Origin: Planctomycetota bacterium
GTDB lineage: Bacteria > Planctomycetota > UBA1135 > UBA2386
Length of the DNA stretch: 64,000 bases
Assembly: GCA_965228735.1 (NCBI GenBank)
Contig: OZ245838.1
Span: 96,001 to 160,000 of the forward strand
Direction: 5' to 3'
A program made the translations under genes and the position numbers. The notes below the pieces were generated by a model. The model saw only the letters and a list, made by a program, of their open reading frames with translations, did not search any database and was not told where the DNA came from. Shown piece after piece: positions 11,751 through 21,113 of the stretch; the first letter of the stretch is position 1; the number at the start of each line of letters is the position of its first letter.

Positions 11751-13067
11751 ATGAGCAAGGGCATCTCCACCAAGCCGCCGAGCGGCATGCGCGACTTCCT
11801 GGCGCCGGACGTCATGCGGCGGCGCTACGTGATGGGCGTCGTCCAGCGCGTCTACGAGTCGTTCGGATTCGTGCCGCTCGAGACGCCGACGATCGAGAAC
11901 CTGACGACGCTGCTCGGCAAGTACGGCCCCGAGGGCGACCAGCTGCTCTACCGCCTGCTGCATCGCCGCGAGAAGCTCGCGCGCGCGCTCGCAGCGGGCG
12001 CGGACGAAGCCGGGCTCGCCGCCGAGGGGCTGCGCTACGACCTCACGGTGCCGCTCGCTCGCGTCGTGGCCAACTACCAGGACCTGCCGACCTACTACAA
12101 GCGCTACCAGATCCAGCCCGTCTGGCGCGCGGATCGGCCGGCGCGCGGTCGCTTCCGCGAGTTCTACCAGTGCGATGTCGACGTGATCGGCACGCAGAGC
12201 CTGGTCGCGGAGGCCGAGGTCTGCGGCGCGATCGCGACGGTGCTGCAGGAGCTCGGGTTCGACGACTTCGAGATCCACGTCAATCACCGTGAGCTGTTGC
12301 GCTCGTTCGTGACCGACGCCGGCATCCAGCCCGAGAACGAGTCGCTCGCGCTCATCGCGCTCGACAAGCTCGACAAGATCGGTCGTGACGGCGTGCTGAA
12401 AGAGCTCGCCGAGAAGGGCGTCGGCCCGGCCGCCGGCGAGCAACTGCTCGCGACGCTCGAGGCCGCGCGCGAACCGGGCGCGCTCGAGCAGCTCGAGGGC
12501 GGCGCGCCGCTCGTCGAACTGCTCGCGATCGCGGCCGCGGGGCCGGCCGCAAAACACCTCGTCTTCGACCCGACGCTCGCGCGCGGGTTGAGTTACTACA
12601 CGGGCCCGATCTTCGAGATCACGTGCGAGGGCCTCGCCGGGTCGATGGGCGGCGGCGGCCGCTACGACAACCTCGTCGGCATGTTCGGCAAACAACAGGT
12701 GCCGGCCGTCGGCTTCTCGCTCGGGCTCGAACGCGTGCTGCTCGTCATGGAGGAGCGTTCGATGTTCCCCGACCTCGGCATCGGTCCCGAGGTGCTGCTC
12801 TGCCGCATGAAGGAGGTGGCCGCCAAGGACGCCGTGCGCATCGCGTCCGAGCTGCGCGGTCACGGCGTGCGCGTCGAGGTCTTCGCCGACACCCCGCAGC
12901 TCAAGAAGCAGCTGAACTACGCCAACAACAACGCCGTGCCCTACACGATCGTGCTCGGCGAGGCCGAACTCGCCGCGGGCCAGGTCGCGCTGAAGAACCT
13001 CGGGACCGGCGAACAGGTCCAGGTGTCCGTCGCGGAAGCCGCGGAGCGGATACGATCGACGAAGTGA
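11751..13067 (+). CDS. hisS: Histidine--tRNA ligase
   Basis: PSGMRDF, LRYDLTVP, RADRP..GRFREFYQCD, LARGLSYYTG, GGGRYD, GFSLGLER. Confidence 0.98.
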   Translation: MSKGISTKPPSGMRDFLAPDVMRRRYVMGVVQRVYESFGFVPLETPTIENLTTLLGKYGPEGDQLLYRLLHRREKLARALAAGADEAGLAAEGLRYDLTVPLARVVANYQDLPTYYKRYQIQPVWRADRPARGRFREFYQCDVDVIGTQSLVAEAEVCGAIATVLQELGFDDFEIHVNHRELLRSFVTDAGIQPENESLALIALDKLDKIGRDGVLKELAEKGVGPAAGEQLLATLEAAREPGALEQLEGGAPLVELLAIAAAGPAAKHLVFDPTLARGLSYYTGPIFEITCEGLAGSMGGGGRYDNLVGMFGKQQVPAVGFSLGLERVLLVMEERSMFPDLGIGPEVLLCRMKEVAAKDAVRIASELRGHGVRVEVFADTPQLKKQLNYANNNAVPYTIVLGEAELAAGQVALKNLGTGEQVQVSVAEAAERIRSTK

Positions 13068-13165
13068 TTCCGAAGCGCACCACCCTGGTCGGGCTCGCGC
13101 TGGCGAACGTCGAGAAATAGGGCTGCGGTGGGGAACCCAACGCTGCTCGCCGCGTTAGGGGCCGG

Positions 13166-14311
13166 ATGCAGTCGCGCGTTCCCGTTGCGTTCCAGGCGGT
13201 CGTGACCGAGTTCTTGCCATCGATCGTTTTCGGCCCGCTGCTCGGTGCGTTGGTCGGTGCCGGGCTCGCGGCGCAGGGCGGGGATGGGCCCGTTCCGCCG
13301 CGCTGGCTCGTCAGCGACACGTGGGTCGACGGGCGGTTCGGTGAGGAGGTCGGCAAGGCCAAGACCGGGCACGGTCGGGGGTGGGGGCGGCTGCTGGATG
13401 TTGCGGCCGGGGCCGAGGGCAACCTCTACGACGTGCCGACCGGCGAACGGCTGTGGCTCGGGGGTGGCGAAGCGCGGCTCTACGTGCCGCTCGCCGGGAT
13501 GCGATGGCAGGCCCAGGTCGGTTGCCTCGAGCTCGGTTCCACCCCGCTGCAGTGGCCGCGGTTCACGGCCGATCGCGTCGTCCTGCCGACCCAGAGTGGC
13601 GGTCTCGTCGGGGTCGACCGCGCGACCGGCAAGGTGGCGTGGCGAATGCAGGATGCGCCGCATGACCTGTTCTGTCTCGACGCCGGGCTCGTGATCACGG
13701 CGGACGCGATGGAGCAAACCATCCGCAAGCCCGAGGTGCGCGGGCTCGCGGCCACGAACGGAGCGCAGGCGTTCGTGGCGACGATCCCGGCCGGGGCGTT
13801 CGACATCGCGCCGGCGGACTTTGGCATCGCGATCGCCACGAGTTCGGCCGTCGTCGTCCTCGATCGCGCGGGGCCGGAGCTGTTCTCGGTTCCCGGCAGG
13901 GCGCTCAGCATCGCCGCCGGGCGGCATTGGCTCATCGTGATCGACGACGAGGTCATCGCGTTCGATCGCCGCGGCAAGGAGCTCTGGCGGGACGGGTGGC
14001 GCACGAAGGACGCGTTCGCCGACTCGGCGCAGTTGTATGCGACCGCGGATCGGCTGTTCGTCGTCGCGCACCATCGGATGGCGGACTCCGGGGTGGTCGT
14101 CACGGGGCGGGATCCGGATACCGGGGCGGTCGAGTGGTGCACGCGGGAACCCGGGCTCGGCGTGCCGCACTCGCGGTACCTGCACAACGTGATCGCCGTG
14201 CCGGTGGGCGAGCGATTGTTCGTTCTGAGCGACGCGAGCGGCGGCGCGTTCGGCATCGAACTGGATGCTCTCACCGGGCAGCAGCTCGCGCGCTGGCAGC
14301 GCAACCCGTGA
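13166..14311 (+). CDS. PQQ-binding-like (BamB-type) beta-propeller repeat protein
   Basis: Repeated xDxxTGxxxW motifs (TGERLW, TGKVAW, GKELW, TGAVEW, TGQQL); start uncertain. Confidence 0.7.
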   Translation: MQSRVPVAFQAVVTEFLPSIVFGPLLGALVGAGLAAQGGDGPVPPRWLVSDTWVDGRFGEEVGKAKTGHGRGWGRLLDVAAGAEGNLYDVPTGERLWLGGGEARLYVPLAGMRWQAQVGCLELGSTPLQWPRFTADRVVLPTQSGGLVGVDRATGKVAWRMQDAPHDLFCLDAGLVITADAMEQTIRKPEVRGLAATNGAQAFVATIPAGAFDIAPADFGIAIATSSAVVVLDRAGPELFSVPGRALSIAAGRHWLIVIDDEVIAFDRRGKELWRDGWRTKDAFADSAQLYATADRLFVVAHHRMADSGVVVTGRDPDTGAVEWCTREPGLGVPHSRYLHNVIAVPVGERLFVLSDASGGAFGIELDALTGQQLARWQRNP

Positions 14312-14367
14312 ACCGTGTCCACGTAGCCGGTGGACGGCGGCGTGCAGTTGCGTCAAGATACCCGTCC

Positions 14368-15363
14368 ATGACGCGATCGGAGCGAACGGCCGGCAACCAG
14401 CACCCGCTGGATCCGGCCGAGCTCGATCTCGCCGACCGGGTCCTCGCGGCCGTCGAGCGACGCGACGACGAGGCCGCGGGTGCGAGCGCCGCGGCGATTC
14501 GCGAACAGCTCGAGTCCCTGCGGCTCTTCGGCGAACTCCTCGCGCGCTACCCGTCGCCGCTCGACGAGCAGCGGCTCGGCTCGATGCGCCGCAGCCTCGA
14601 CACGCTCGTCGATTCCCTGGTGTCGACCGACCAGGCGAGCTTCCCGTTCCGCGCGCCGACGCAGGCGCTCGTCGGGCGGTCGATGAACATGGCGCACATC
14701 AACTTCCTGCGGCTGCTGTGGCACGTCGCGGGCAGCCTCGGCGAGGACGAGGGCGCGAGTGAGCTGCGCGAGGTCGCGGCGCACCGGTTGCGTGCGAGTG
14801 TGCATTGCCGGCTGGTGGAGGAAGTGCTCGCCGACATCGTGACGGACGGCGCGATCGAACGGCGGTTGCGCGAGCAGGCCGTGCACAGCCTCGCGCGGTT
14901 CTGGGCGAGCCGGCTGACGTGGCGCGTGCAGACGTTCTTTCCGATCCTCGCGGAGACCTGGGAGGCGCGGCAGCGCGTGCGGGTCACGGGCGGCACGCTC
15001 GTTGGCTGCACGGAGATGTTCCAGCTGCTCGTGCAGGGCGCGGACGCCGAGTTCGTCGAGCTCTTCGCCGATCGCGAGCCCGGATGTCACGAGGAGCAGG
15101 CGTTCCGCGAGTTCCTGTTCGGCACGTCGTCGGAAGAACTCGAACGCCTGGCGCAGCGCATGGCCAGCGAGGGCCTGTCGACGATCGAGATCGACTCGCG
15201 CCTCGCGGCCACGGCCGGCAGCAGCCGCGACGCCGGCTCGATCCTGTTCGAGTTCTTCCGCAGCCGCCTCGTCCAATGCAGCGCGCGCCGCAACGCCGGC
15301 CTGACCGGTCCCCGCCACACGGCCGAGGGCTACGTGATGCTGGCCTGGCTCGCGCGCCGGTGA
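14368..15363 (+). CDS. Hypothetical cytoplasmic alpha-helical protein
   Basis: ATG at 14368; coding-like codon bias; no recognised motif. Confidence 0.7.
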   Translation: MTRSERTAGNQHPLDPAELDLADRVLAAVERRDDEAAGASAAAIREQLESLRLFGELLARYPSPLDEQRLGSMRRSLDTLVDSLVSTDQASFPFRAPTQALVGRSMNMAHINFLRLLWHVAGSLGEDEGASELREVAAHRLRASVHCRLVEEVLADIVTDGAIERRLREQAVHSLARFWASRLTWRVQTFFPILAETWEARQRVRVTGGTLVGCTEMFQLLVQGADAEFVELFADREPGCHEEQAFREFLFGTSSEELERLAQRMASEGLSTIEIDSRLAATAGSSRDAGSILFEFFRSRLVQCSARRNAGLTGPRHTAEGYVMLAWLARR

Positions 15364-15400
15364 GGGTTGGGGACGGTGCCTGGCACCGTACCCAACCTTC
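15362..15400. terminator. Long hairpin between convergent genes (bidirectional terminator or REP-like)
   Basis: GAGGGTTGGG-G-ACGGTGCC-T-GGCACCGT-A-CCCAACCTTC inverted repeat; no U-tract. Confidence 0.55.
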
Positions 15401-15406
15401 GCGGGG

Positions 15407-18130
15407 TCAGTGGGCTTCCAGCCAGTTCTGGCCGTGGCCCATGGAGATCTCGAGGGGGACCTTGAGGTCGGCGGCGGTCGTCATGGCGTCCTTGACGAGG
15501 GCTTCGACCTGTTTGAGTTCGTTCTTCGGAACGTCGAGGACGAGCTCGTCGTGGACCTGGAGGAGGAGGCGGGCTTCGAGCTGTTGGTCCTCGATGGCCC
15601 GGTGGACCTTGAGCATCGCGCGTTTCACGATGTCGGCGGCGGCACCCTGCAGCGGCGTGTTGACGGCCATGTTCTCGGCCGCGATGCGCTGCATGGCGTT
15701 GGTCGAGTCGATGTCGGGCAGCGGGCGGCGGCGGCCGAACATGGTCTCGGCGTAGCGTTCCTTCTGGGCGTGCGCGAGTGATTCGTCGAGGTAGCGCTTC
15801 ACGCCTGGCAGCGCCCGGAAGTAGTCGTTGATGAAGCGCTTCGCCTCGGGTGGTCGCATGCCGGTCTCGCGCGCGAGGCGCGACGCGCCCATGCCGTACA
15901 TCAGGCCGTAGTTCACGATCTTGGCCTGGTTGCGCAGCTCGGGCGTCACCATCGCGGGCAGCAGGCCGTGCACGAGCGCGGCCGTGCGCGCGTGGATGTC
16001 CTCGCCGGAGTGGAACGCCTCGACGAGTGCCTTGTCGCCCGACAGGTGCGCGAGCAGGCGCAGCTCGATCTGCGAGTAGTCGGCGGACAGCAGCACCCAG
16101 TCGCGCTCCCGCGGCACGAACGCGCGGCGGACGCGGCGCCCCTCCTCGGTGCGGATCGGGATGTTCTGCAGGTTGGGATCTTCGGAGCTCAGGCGGCCGG
16201 TCGCGGCGACGGCCTGGTTGAACGTCGTGTGGACGCGACCCGTGGCGTCGTCGACGAGCTGCGGCAACGTGTCGACGTAGGTGCCCTTGAGTTTCGTCAG
16301 CTGGCGCCAATCGAGCACGAGCTGCGGCACCTCGTGGTGCGGTGCGAGCTTCTCGAGCACCTCGTGGTCCGTCTTGTAGTTGCCGGCCGCGGTCTTGCGC
16401 GGGCGCTGCACGTTCGCGGCGCGGTGGACCTCGAGCTCGTCGAACAGGAGCTTGCCGACCTGCTGGGTCGAACCGAGGTTGAACTCGTGGCCGGCGCGGT
16501 CGTGGGCGCGTTCGACGAGCTTGAGCGCGCGCTTCTCGAGCTCGCTACCGAGCTCTGTCAGGTGTTCGGTGTCGATCGCGATGCCTTCCCACTCCATGTC
16601 GAGCAGGACGGGCACGAGCGGCATCTCGAGGTCGCGCAGGATGGGAGCGACCTCGCGATCGTCGACGAGCTTCTCGAGCACCTCGGTGAGACGGAGCGCG
16701 AGGTCGGCCTCTTCGGCCACGAACTCGCCGGCGACCGACGGCTCGATCTCGTCGAACGTGCGCTGCTTCTTGCCGCTGCCGACGACGTCCTTCTGGGTCT
16801 TCTTCTGGTAGGCGAAGTGACGCAGCGCGAGCGCCTCGAGCGAATGCGAGGACACGCCGGGCTCGGCGCAGTAGTTCGCGAGCAGGGTGTCGAAGGCGAT
16901 GCCCGCGAGCGGCAGCTCGGCGACCCGCAACGCGGCGCGCAGTTGCTTGCTGTCGTGCGCGATCTTCTGGATGCCGCCATCACCGAGGATCGCGCCGAGT
17001 TGCGCCGCGACCGCGGCGTTGCCGTCACCCACGATCGGCGGGTCGAGGTTGAGCGGCACGTAGCTCGCCTTGCCGGGTGCGGTGGCGAAGGCGATGCCGA
17101 TCAGCTGCATGCCCCGCGGATACCGCCCTTCGGTCTGCGCGGCGACCGCGACGCGCTTGCACGCCTTCAGCTCCGTGATCAGCGCGTCGAGGCCCGCCTG
17201 ATCCCGCACGATCGTGTAGTCCTGCTGCACGTCGTCCTGCGGCTTGGGCGCGGCCGCGAGCTGGGCGGTGAGATTGGTGAACTCGAGCCGTTGGAACAGC
17301 GGCCGCAGCTTCTCCGGGTCGGGCTCGGCGGGGCCGAGGTCGGCTGCCGAGACACCGACCGGCACGTCGAGCCGAAGTTGCACGAGCTGCTTGCTCAGCA
17401 GCGCCTGCTCACGGTTCTCGATCAGCGAGTTGCGCACCGCCTTCTTCTCGAACTCCTCGGCGTCGTCGAGCGCCTTCTCGAGCGAACCGAAGCGCTCGAG
17501 CAGCAGCACGGCGGTCTTCTGGCCGACCTTGGGCACGCCCGGAACGTTGTCCGACGAGTCGCCCATGAGCGCGAGCAGGTCGACCATGAGGGCGGGCGGC
17601 ACGCCCCACTTCTTCTCGCACGCCGCGGCGTCGAGGATCTCGGGTTTGCTCGTCGAGCTGCGCAGGTTCCACAGCTTGATGTCCTCGTCGACGATCTGCA
17701 GGAAGTCCTTGTCGCCCGTGACGAGAAAGACCTCCATGCCGGCTTCCTTGCCCTGCATCGCGAGCGTCGCGATCACGTCGTCGGCCTCGTCCGTCTCGCT
17801 CTCGACGATCCGGATGCCGAACCCCTCGGTCGCGGCGCGAATGTCGTCGAGCTGCACCGCCATCTCGTCGGGCATCTTGGTGCGCGTCGACTTGTACTCG
17901 GGGTAGACCTTGGTGCGCGTCAGGTCGCCGCGCGGGCCGTCGAACGAGATCGCGATCGCGTCGGGCGACTCGCGTTCGATGAGGGCGCGCAGCGTCGTGC
18001 AGAAGCCGTAGGTGGCCGCGGTCGGATGACCGTCGCTCGTCGTCAGCGGCGCGCGCCCGGTGCCCTGGAACGCGAAGAAGCTGCGATATGCCAGGGCGGT
18101 GCCGTCGACGAGGAACAGACGTTTGGCCAT
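15407..18130 (-). CDS. polA: DNA polymerase I
   Basis: 5'-3' exonuclease (LVDG..AYR, EADD, GDSSDNVPGV), TGRLSS.DPNLQNIP, ADYSQIELR, AK.VNYG..YG, LQVHDEL. Confidence 0.98.
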   Translation of the reverse strand: MAKRLFLVDGTALAYRSFFAFQGTGRAPLTTSDGHPTAATYGFCTTLRALIERESPDAIAISFDGPRGDLTRTKVYPEYKSTRTKMPDEMAVQLDDIRAATEGFGIRIVESETDEADDVIATLAMQGKEAGMEVFLVTGDKDFLQIVDEDIKLWNLRSSTSKPEILDAAACEKKWGVPPALMVDLLALMGDSSDNVPGVPKVGQKTAVLLLERFGSLEKALDDAEEFEKKAVRNSLIENREQALLSKQLVQLRLDVPVGVSAADLGPAEPDPEKLRPLFQRLEFTNLTAQLAAAPKPQDDVQQDYTIVRDQAGLDALITELKACKRVAVAAQTEGRYPRGMQLIGIAFATAPGKASYVPLNLDPPIVGDGNAAVAAQLGAILGDGGIQKIAHDSKQLRAALRVAELPLAGIAFDTLLANYCAEPGVSSHSLEALALRHFAYQKKTQKDVVGSGKKQRTFDEIEPSVAGEFVAEEADLALRLTEVLEKLVDDREVAPILRDLEMPLVPVLLDMEWEGIAIDTEHLTELGSELEKRALKLVERAHDRAGHEFNLGSTQQVGKLLFDELEVHRAANVQRPRKTAAGNYKTDHEVLEKLAPHHEVPQLVLDWRQLTKLKGTYVDTLPQLVDDATGRVHTTFNQAVAATGRLSSEDPNLQNIPIRTEEGRRVRRAFVPRERDWVLLSADYSQIELRLLAHLSGDKALVEAFHSGEDIHARTAALVHGLLPAMVTPELRNQAKIVNYGLMYGMGASRLARETGMRPPEAKRFINDYFRALPGVKRYLDESLAHAQKERYAETMFGRRRPLPDIDSTNAMQRIAAENMAVNTPLQGAAADIVKRAMLKVHRAIEDQQLEARLLLQVHDELVLDVPKNELKQVEALVKDAMTTAADLKVPLEISMGHGQNWLEAH

Positions 18131-18246
18131 GCGTTCGTTGTAGCGGTGCGGCCGACCCGGCAGAAGCTTCGGCCTGGACGCGGTGGTCGCGGGATTTCGG
18201 GGATTGGTGGCCGGCAGGGGGTCGGATCCTCGTTCGACCGGGAGAG

Positions 18247-19230
18247 ATGATCGGCAAAAGCAAGGCCGGCGCGTCCTGGCGCGCCGTGATGTTCGTGTCC
18301 TGGTGCAGTTGCGTGACGGTGCTCGGCGGCTGCTTCAGCGGTCAGCGGTTCCTGTCGCCCAACAACCCGATTCAGAGCTCCGGGATTCTCGACGAGTTCG
18401 AGTCGCAGGCGACCAGCGGCGGCTTCCGGGAGCTCATGACCGTCTACTACGAGAGCTCGGACGAAGTCGAGAAGCGCGCCTCCCGCGATCGGATCATCAA
18501 CGGTCTGACGTTGCTGATCGACAACGAGTACGAGTACTTCGCCACCCGCATGCTGTCGGTCCGAGCGTTCACCAACACCGGGCTCGACACCACCGCCGCC
18601 GGGTTGTCGATCGCGGCGACGCTCGTGCCGCACACCGCGACGTCGTCGCTGCTGTCGGGGCTGAGCGCCGGTGTCCTCGGAGTCCGGTTGTCGGTCGACA
18701 AGGAGTTCTTCTACGAGCAGAGCTCGCCGATCCTCGTCGCGCAGATGAACCAGGACCGGGAGACCGCCTACCGCAGCCTGAGCACCGGGCTGAGCCAGGA
18801 TACGACGAAGTACCCGCTCGCTCGCGCCGCTCGCGATCTCGGTTCGTACTACCAGGCCGGCACGCTCGTGAACGCGTTCGCGCAGCTGTCGCAGCGGGTG
18901 AGTGGCAGTTCGACGGCCCCCGGACTGGCGGCGGTTCCGCGCCTCGCGGTGACACGATCCGAGGAGAACGACAAGCTCGCGTTCGAGGTCGAGTTCCACA
19001 ACGCTGCGTTGGTCGGCCGTGACATCAACATCCAGGCCGTCGCCTACGGCGCGGCGTCCGGCGGTCGCCCGGCGCCGATCCTCGAGAACCGGATGGTGGG
19101 CGTGAAGCTCGATGCGGAGGGGAAGGGCACCGCCGCGTTCGAGATCGCGCCGGCCGGGGGAGTGACGGTCGAGCGGGTCGAGTTCACGGCGCCGACGAGC
19201 ACCGCGTACGTCTACGAGGTGCCGAAGTGA
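18247..19230 (+). CDS. Hypothetical lipoprotein with central hydrophobic helical hairpin
   Basis: GGAGAG RBS before ATG 18247; lipobox VLGG-C; stop overlaps the next start. Confidence 0.75.
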   Translation: MIGKSKAGASWRAVMFVSWCSCVTVLGGCFSGQRFLSPNNPIQSSGILDEFESQATSGGFRELMTVYYESSDEVEKRASRDRIINGLTLLIDNEYEYFATRMLSVRAFTNTGLDTTAAGLSIAATLVPHTATSSLLSGLSAGVLGVRLSVDKEFFYEQSSPILVAQMNQDRETAYRSLSTGLSQDTTKYPLARAARDLGSYYQAGTLVNAFAQLSQRVSGSSTAPGLAAVPRLAVTRSEENDKLAFEVEFHNAALVGRDINIQAVAYGAASGGRPAPILENRMVGVKLDAEGKGTAAFEIAPAGGVTVERVEFTAPTSTAYVYEVPK

Positions 19231-21089
19231 TGCCGCGCGGTGGGATCCGGGGCGCGGCGCTGCTGCTCGCGGCCTTCGTGTCCGGGTGTGCGGTGCCGGT
19301 CGTCGGCCCGGATGCCTACCTGCACATGATCTGCGTCGATCCCAACGGTGACGCCGCGCCACTCGAGGTCGAGGGGCCGGCATCAGGGGGCGATGCGGCC
19401 GCGGGGCCGACGTCGCGGCGCGCGACCGCGATCGACCTGCACGTGCGGGACATCGCGCGGCGTTACTGGACGGAGTGCGTCGAGCTCGGGCGCGATCCAC
19501 GGGATCACACGATCCGGCTCGTGATCCACGGCGGTCTCGTGGGCATGCAACAGTCGGTGCAGGAGGCCGAGGACGCGCTGCCGATCATGCGGCGCGGCAA
19601 GGACCGCGGCGGCGTCTTCCCGGTGTTCGTCAACTGGGAGGCGGGGATGGGGCAGTCGTACGGCAATCACCTGTTCTCCGTGCGGGGCGGTCGTGAGGAG
19701 CCGTTGTGGTACACGATTCCGACGGCGCCGTTCCTGTTCCTCATCGATGTCGGGCGGGCGGTCACGCGCTTCCTGCCCGTGCTCGCCACGAATCAGCGCA
19801 GCAACATCCAGAAGAGCTATCTCGAAACGGCGCCACAGTCCGTGCCACACGGTTGGGAGGAGTCGGCATGGATCGACACGCACGATCAATACGACGGTGG
19901 GTGGATCACGGCGCGGAACGTCGCGCAGGAGTTCGTCCCCGGGCTCGCCCGGCTCGTCACGACGCCGCTGCTCGACCTCGTCGGCTACAGCGCCTACGGC
20001 AACATGATGCGGCGGACGCGCGTGCTGCTCCTCAAGGATGGGGACTTCGACGGCGGCCACCACCGGCCGTCGGGGGCGCTGTCACTGCTGATGCAGCACC
20101 TGCTCGGGGAGAGCCAACAGAAGGACGAGGTCGTCGGCGAGCTGCGGCGCCAGCTGCAGATCGAGCTCGCGATCGCCGCCGAGAGCGAGCGAGGGGCGAT
20201 TCAACAGCGGTTGGACGTCGCGAACCGGATCCTGAACAGCAACGAGTACGGTCATCGCGACGAGCCGTTCGCGAACGTCGGAGAGCCGACGTTCGAGGTC
20301 ATCGCGCACAGCATGGGGACGCACATCGCGAACGGACTCGTGCGGCGTTACGGGCATACGGCATCATTCCGCAAGATCGTGTTCCTCGGAGCTGCGTGCA
20401 GCATCCGCGAGTTCGCGGGCCAGACGTTGCCCTACATCGTGCGCAACGAGGACTGCACGTTTCACAACCTGTGCCTGCACCCGTTCGACGAGATCGGCGA
20501 GTGGAGCTACGGCGGGACGATGCCGCATGGTTCTCTGCTGATCTGGATCGACTCGTACCTGACCGAGCATCGCTCACAGATGGACTACACGCTCGGACAG
20601 TGGAACAACGTGATGCGTGCGCTGCCGATCATCGACTATCTGCGGGCGGACGTGCGGCGACGGATCAAGGTCCGAGGCTTTGGACGGCGCGGGCGATATC
20701 CCCACTCGCACGGCGCGCTGAACGACGTCGCGTTCGGCTACTGGAAGGAGTCGTATTACGACCCCGAGAAGGACCTGCGAACGCGTCGCCGGGTCCTGCG
20801 GCAGATCGAGGAGCACCGCGGGCGCTTGAGTGAACTCGCCGCCGGCTACGCGGCGAAGCTGAAGACGATGCAGCGGGACATGGATCGTCAGCTGGCCGAG
20901 ACCGACAGTGCGGCGGACGTCGAGCGGGTGCACGCGTCGTTCGTGGAGCAGGCCTACGACCAGCAGCGGCAGGCCCGGGGGCGCGGCGTGCCGCTGAGCG
21001 TCGATGCCCTGCTCGCGCGTTGGCGCGAGCAGGTCAAAGCGAGGAAGGCCGACCTGCGGGCCGCGAGCCGGCCCATAGGGTCGATCTGA
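19227..21089 (+). CDS. Lipoprotein, alpha/beta-hydrolase fold (putative lipase/esterase)
   Basis: Lipobox VSG-C; IHGGL oxyanion-like motif, VIAHSMG nucleophile elbow, FLGAA, late YPHSHG His. Confidence 0.75.
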   Translation: MMPRGGIRGAALLLAAFVSGCAVPVVGPDAYLHMICVDPNGDAAPLEVEGPASGGDAAAGPTSRRATAIDLHVRDIARRYWTECVELGRDPRDHTIRLVIHGGLVGMQQSVQEAEDALPIMRRGKDRGGVFPVFVNWEAGMGQSYGNHLFSVRGGREEPLWYTIPTAPFLFLIDVGRAVTRFLPVLATNQRSNIQKSYLETAPQSVPHGWEESAWIDTHDQYDGGWITARNVAQEFVPGLARLVTTPLLDLVGYSAYGNMMRRTRVLLLKDGDFDGGHHRPSGALSLLMQHLLGESQQKDEVVGELRRQLQIELAIAAESERGAIQQRLDVANRILNSNEYGHRDEPFANVGEPTFEVIAHSMGTHIANGLVRRYGHTASFRKIVFLGAACSIREFAGQTLPYIVRNEDCTFHNLCLHPFDEIGEWSYGGTMPHGSLLIWIDSYLTEHRSQMDYTLGQWNNVMRALPIIDYLRADVRRRIKVRGFGRRGRYPHSHGALNDVAFGYWKESYYDPEKDLRTRRRVLRQIEEHRGRLSELAAGYAAKLKTMQRDMDRQLAETDSAADVERVHASFVEQAYDQQRQARGRGVPLSVDALLARWREQVKARKADLRAASRPIGSI

Positions 21090-21113
21090 AGGTCCTCCGA
21101 GGGGGCGGGAACG

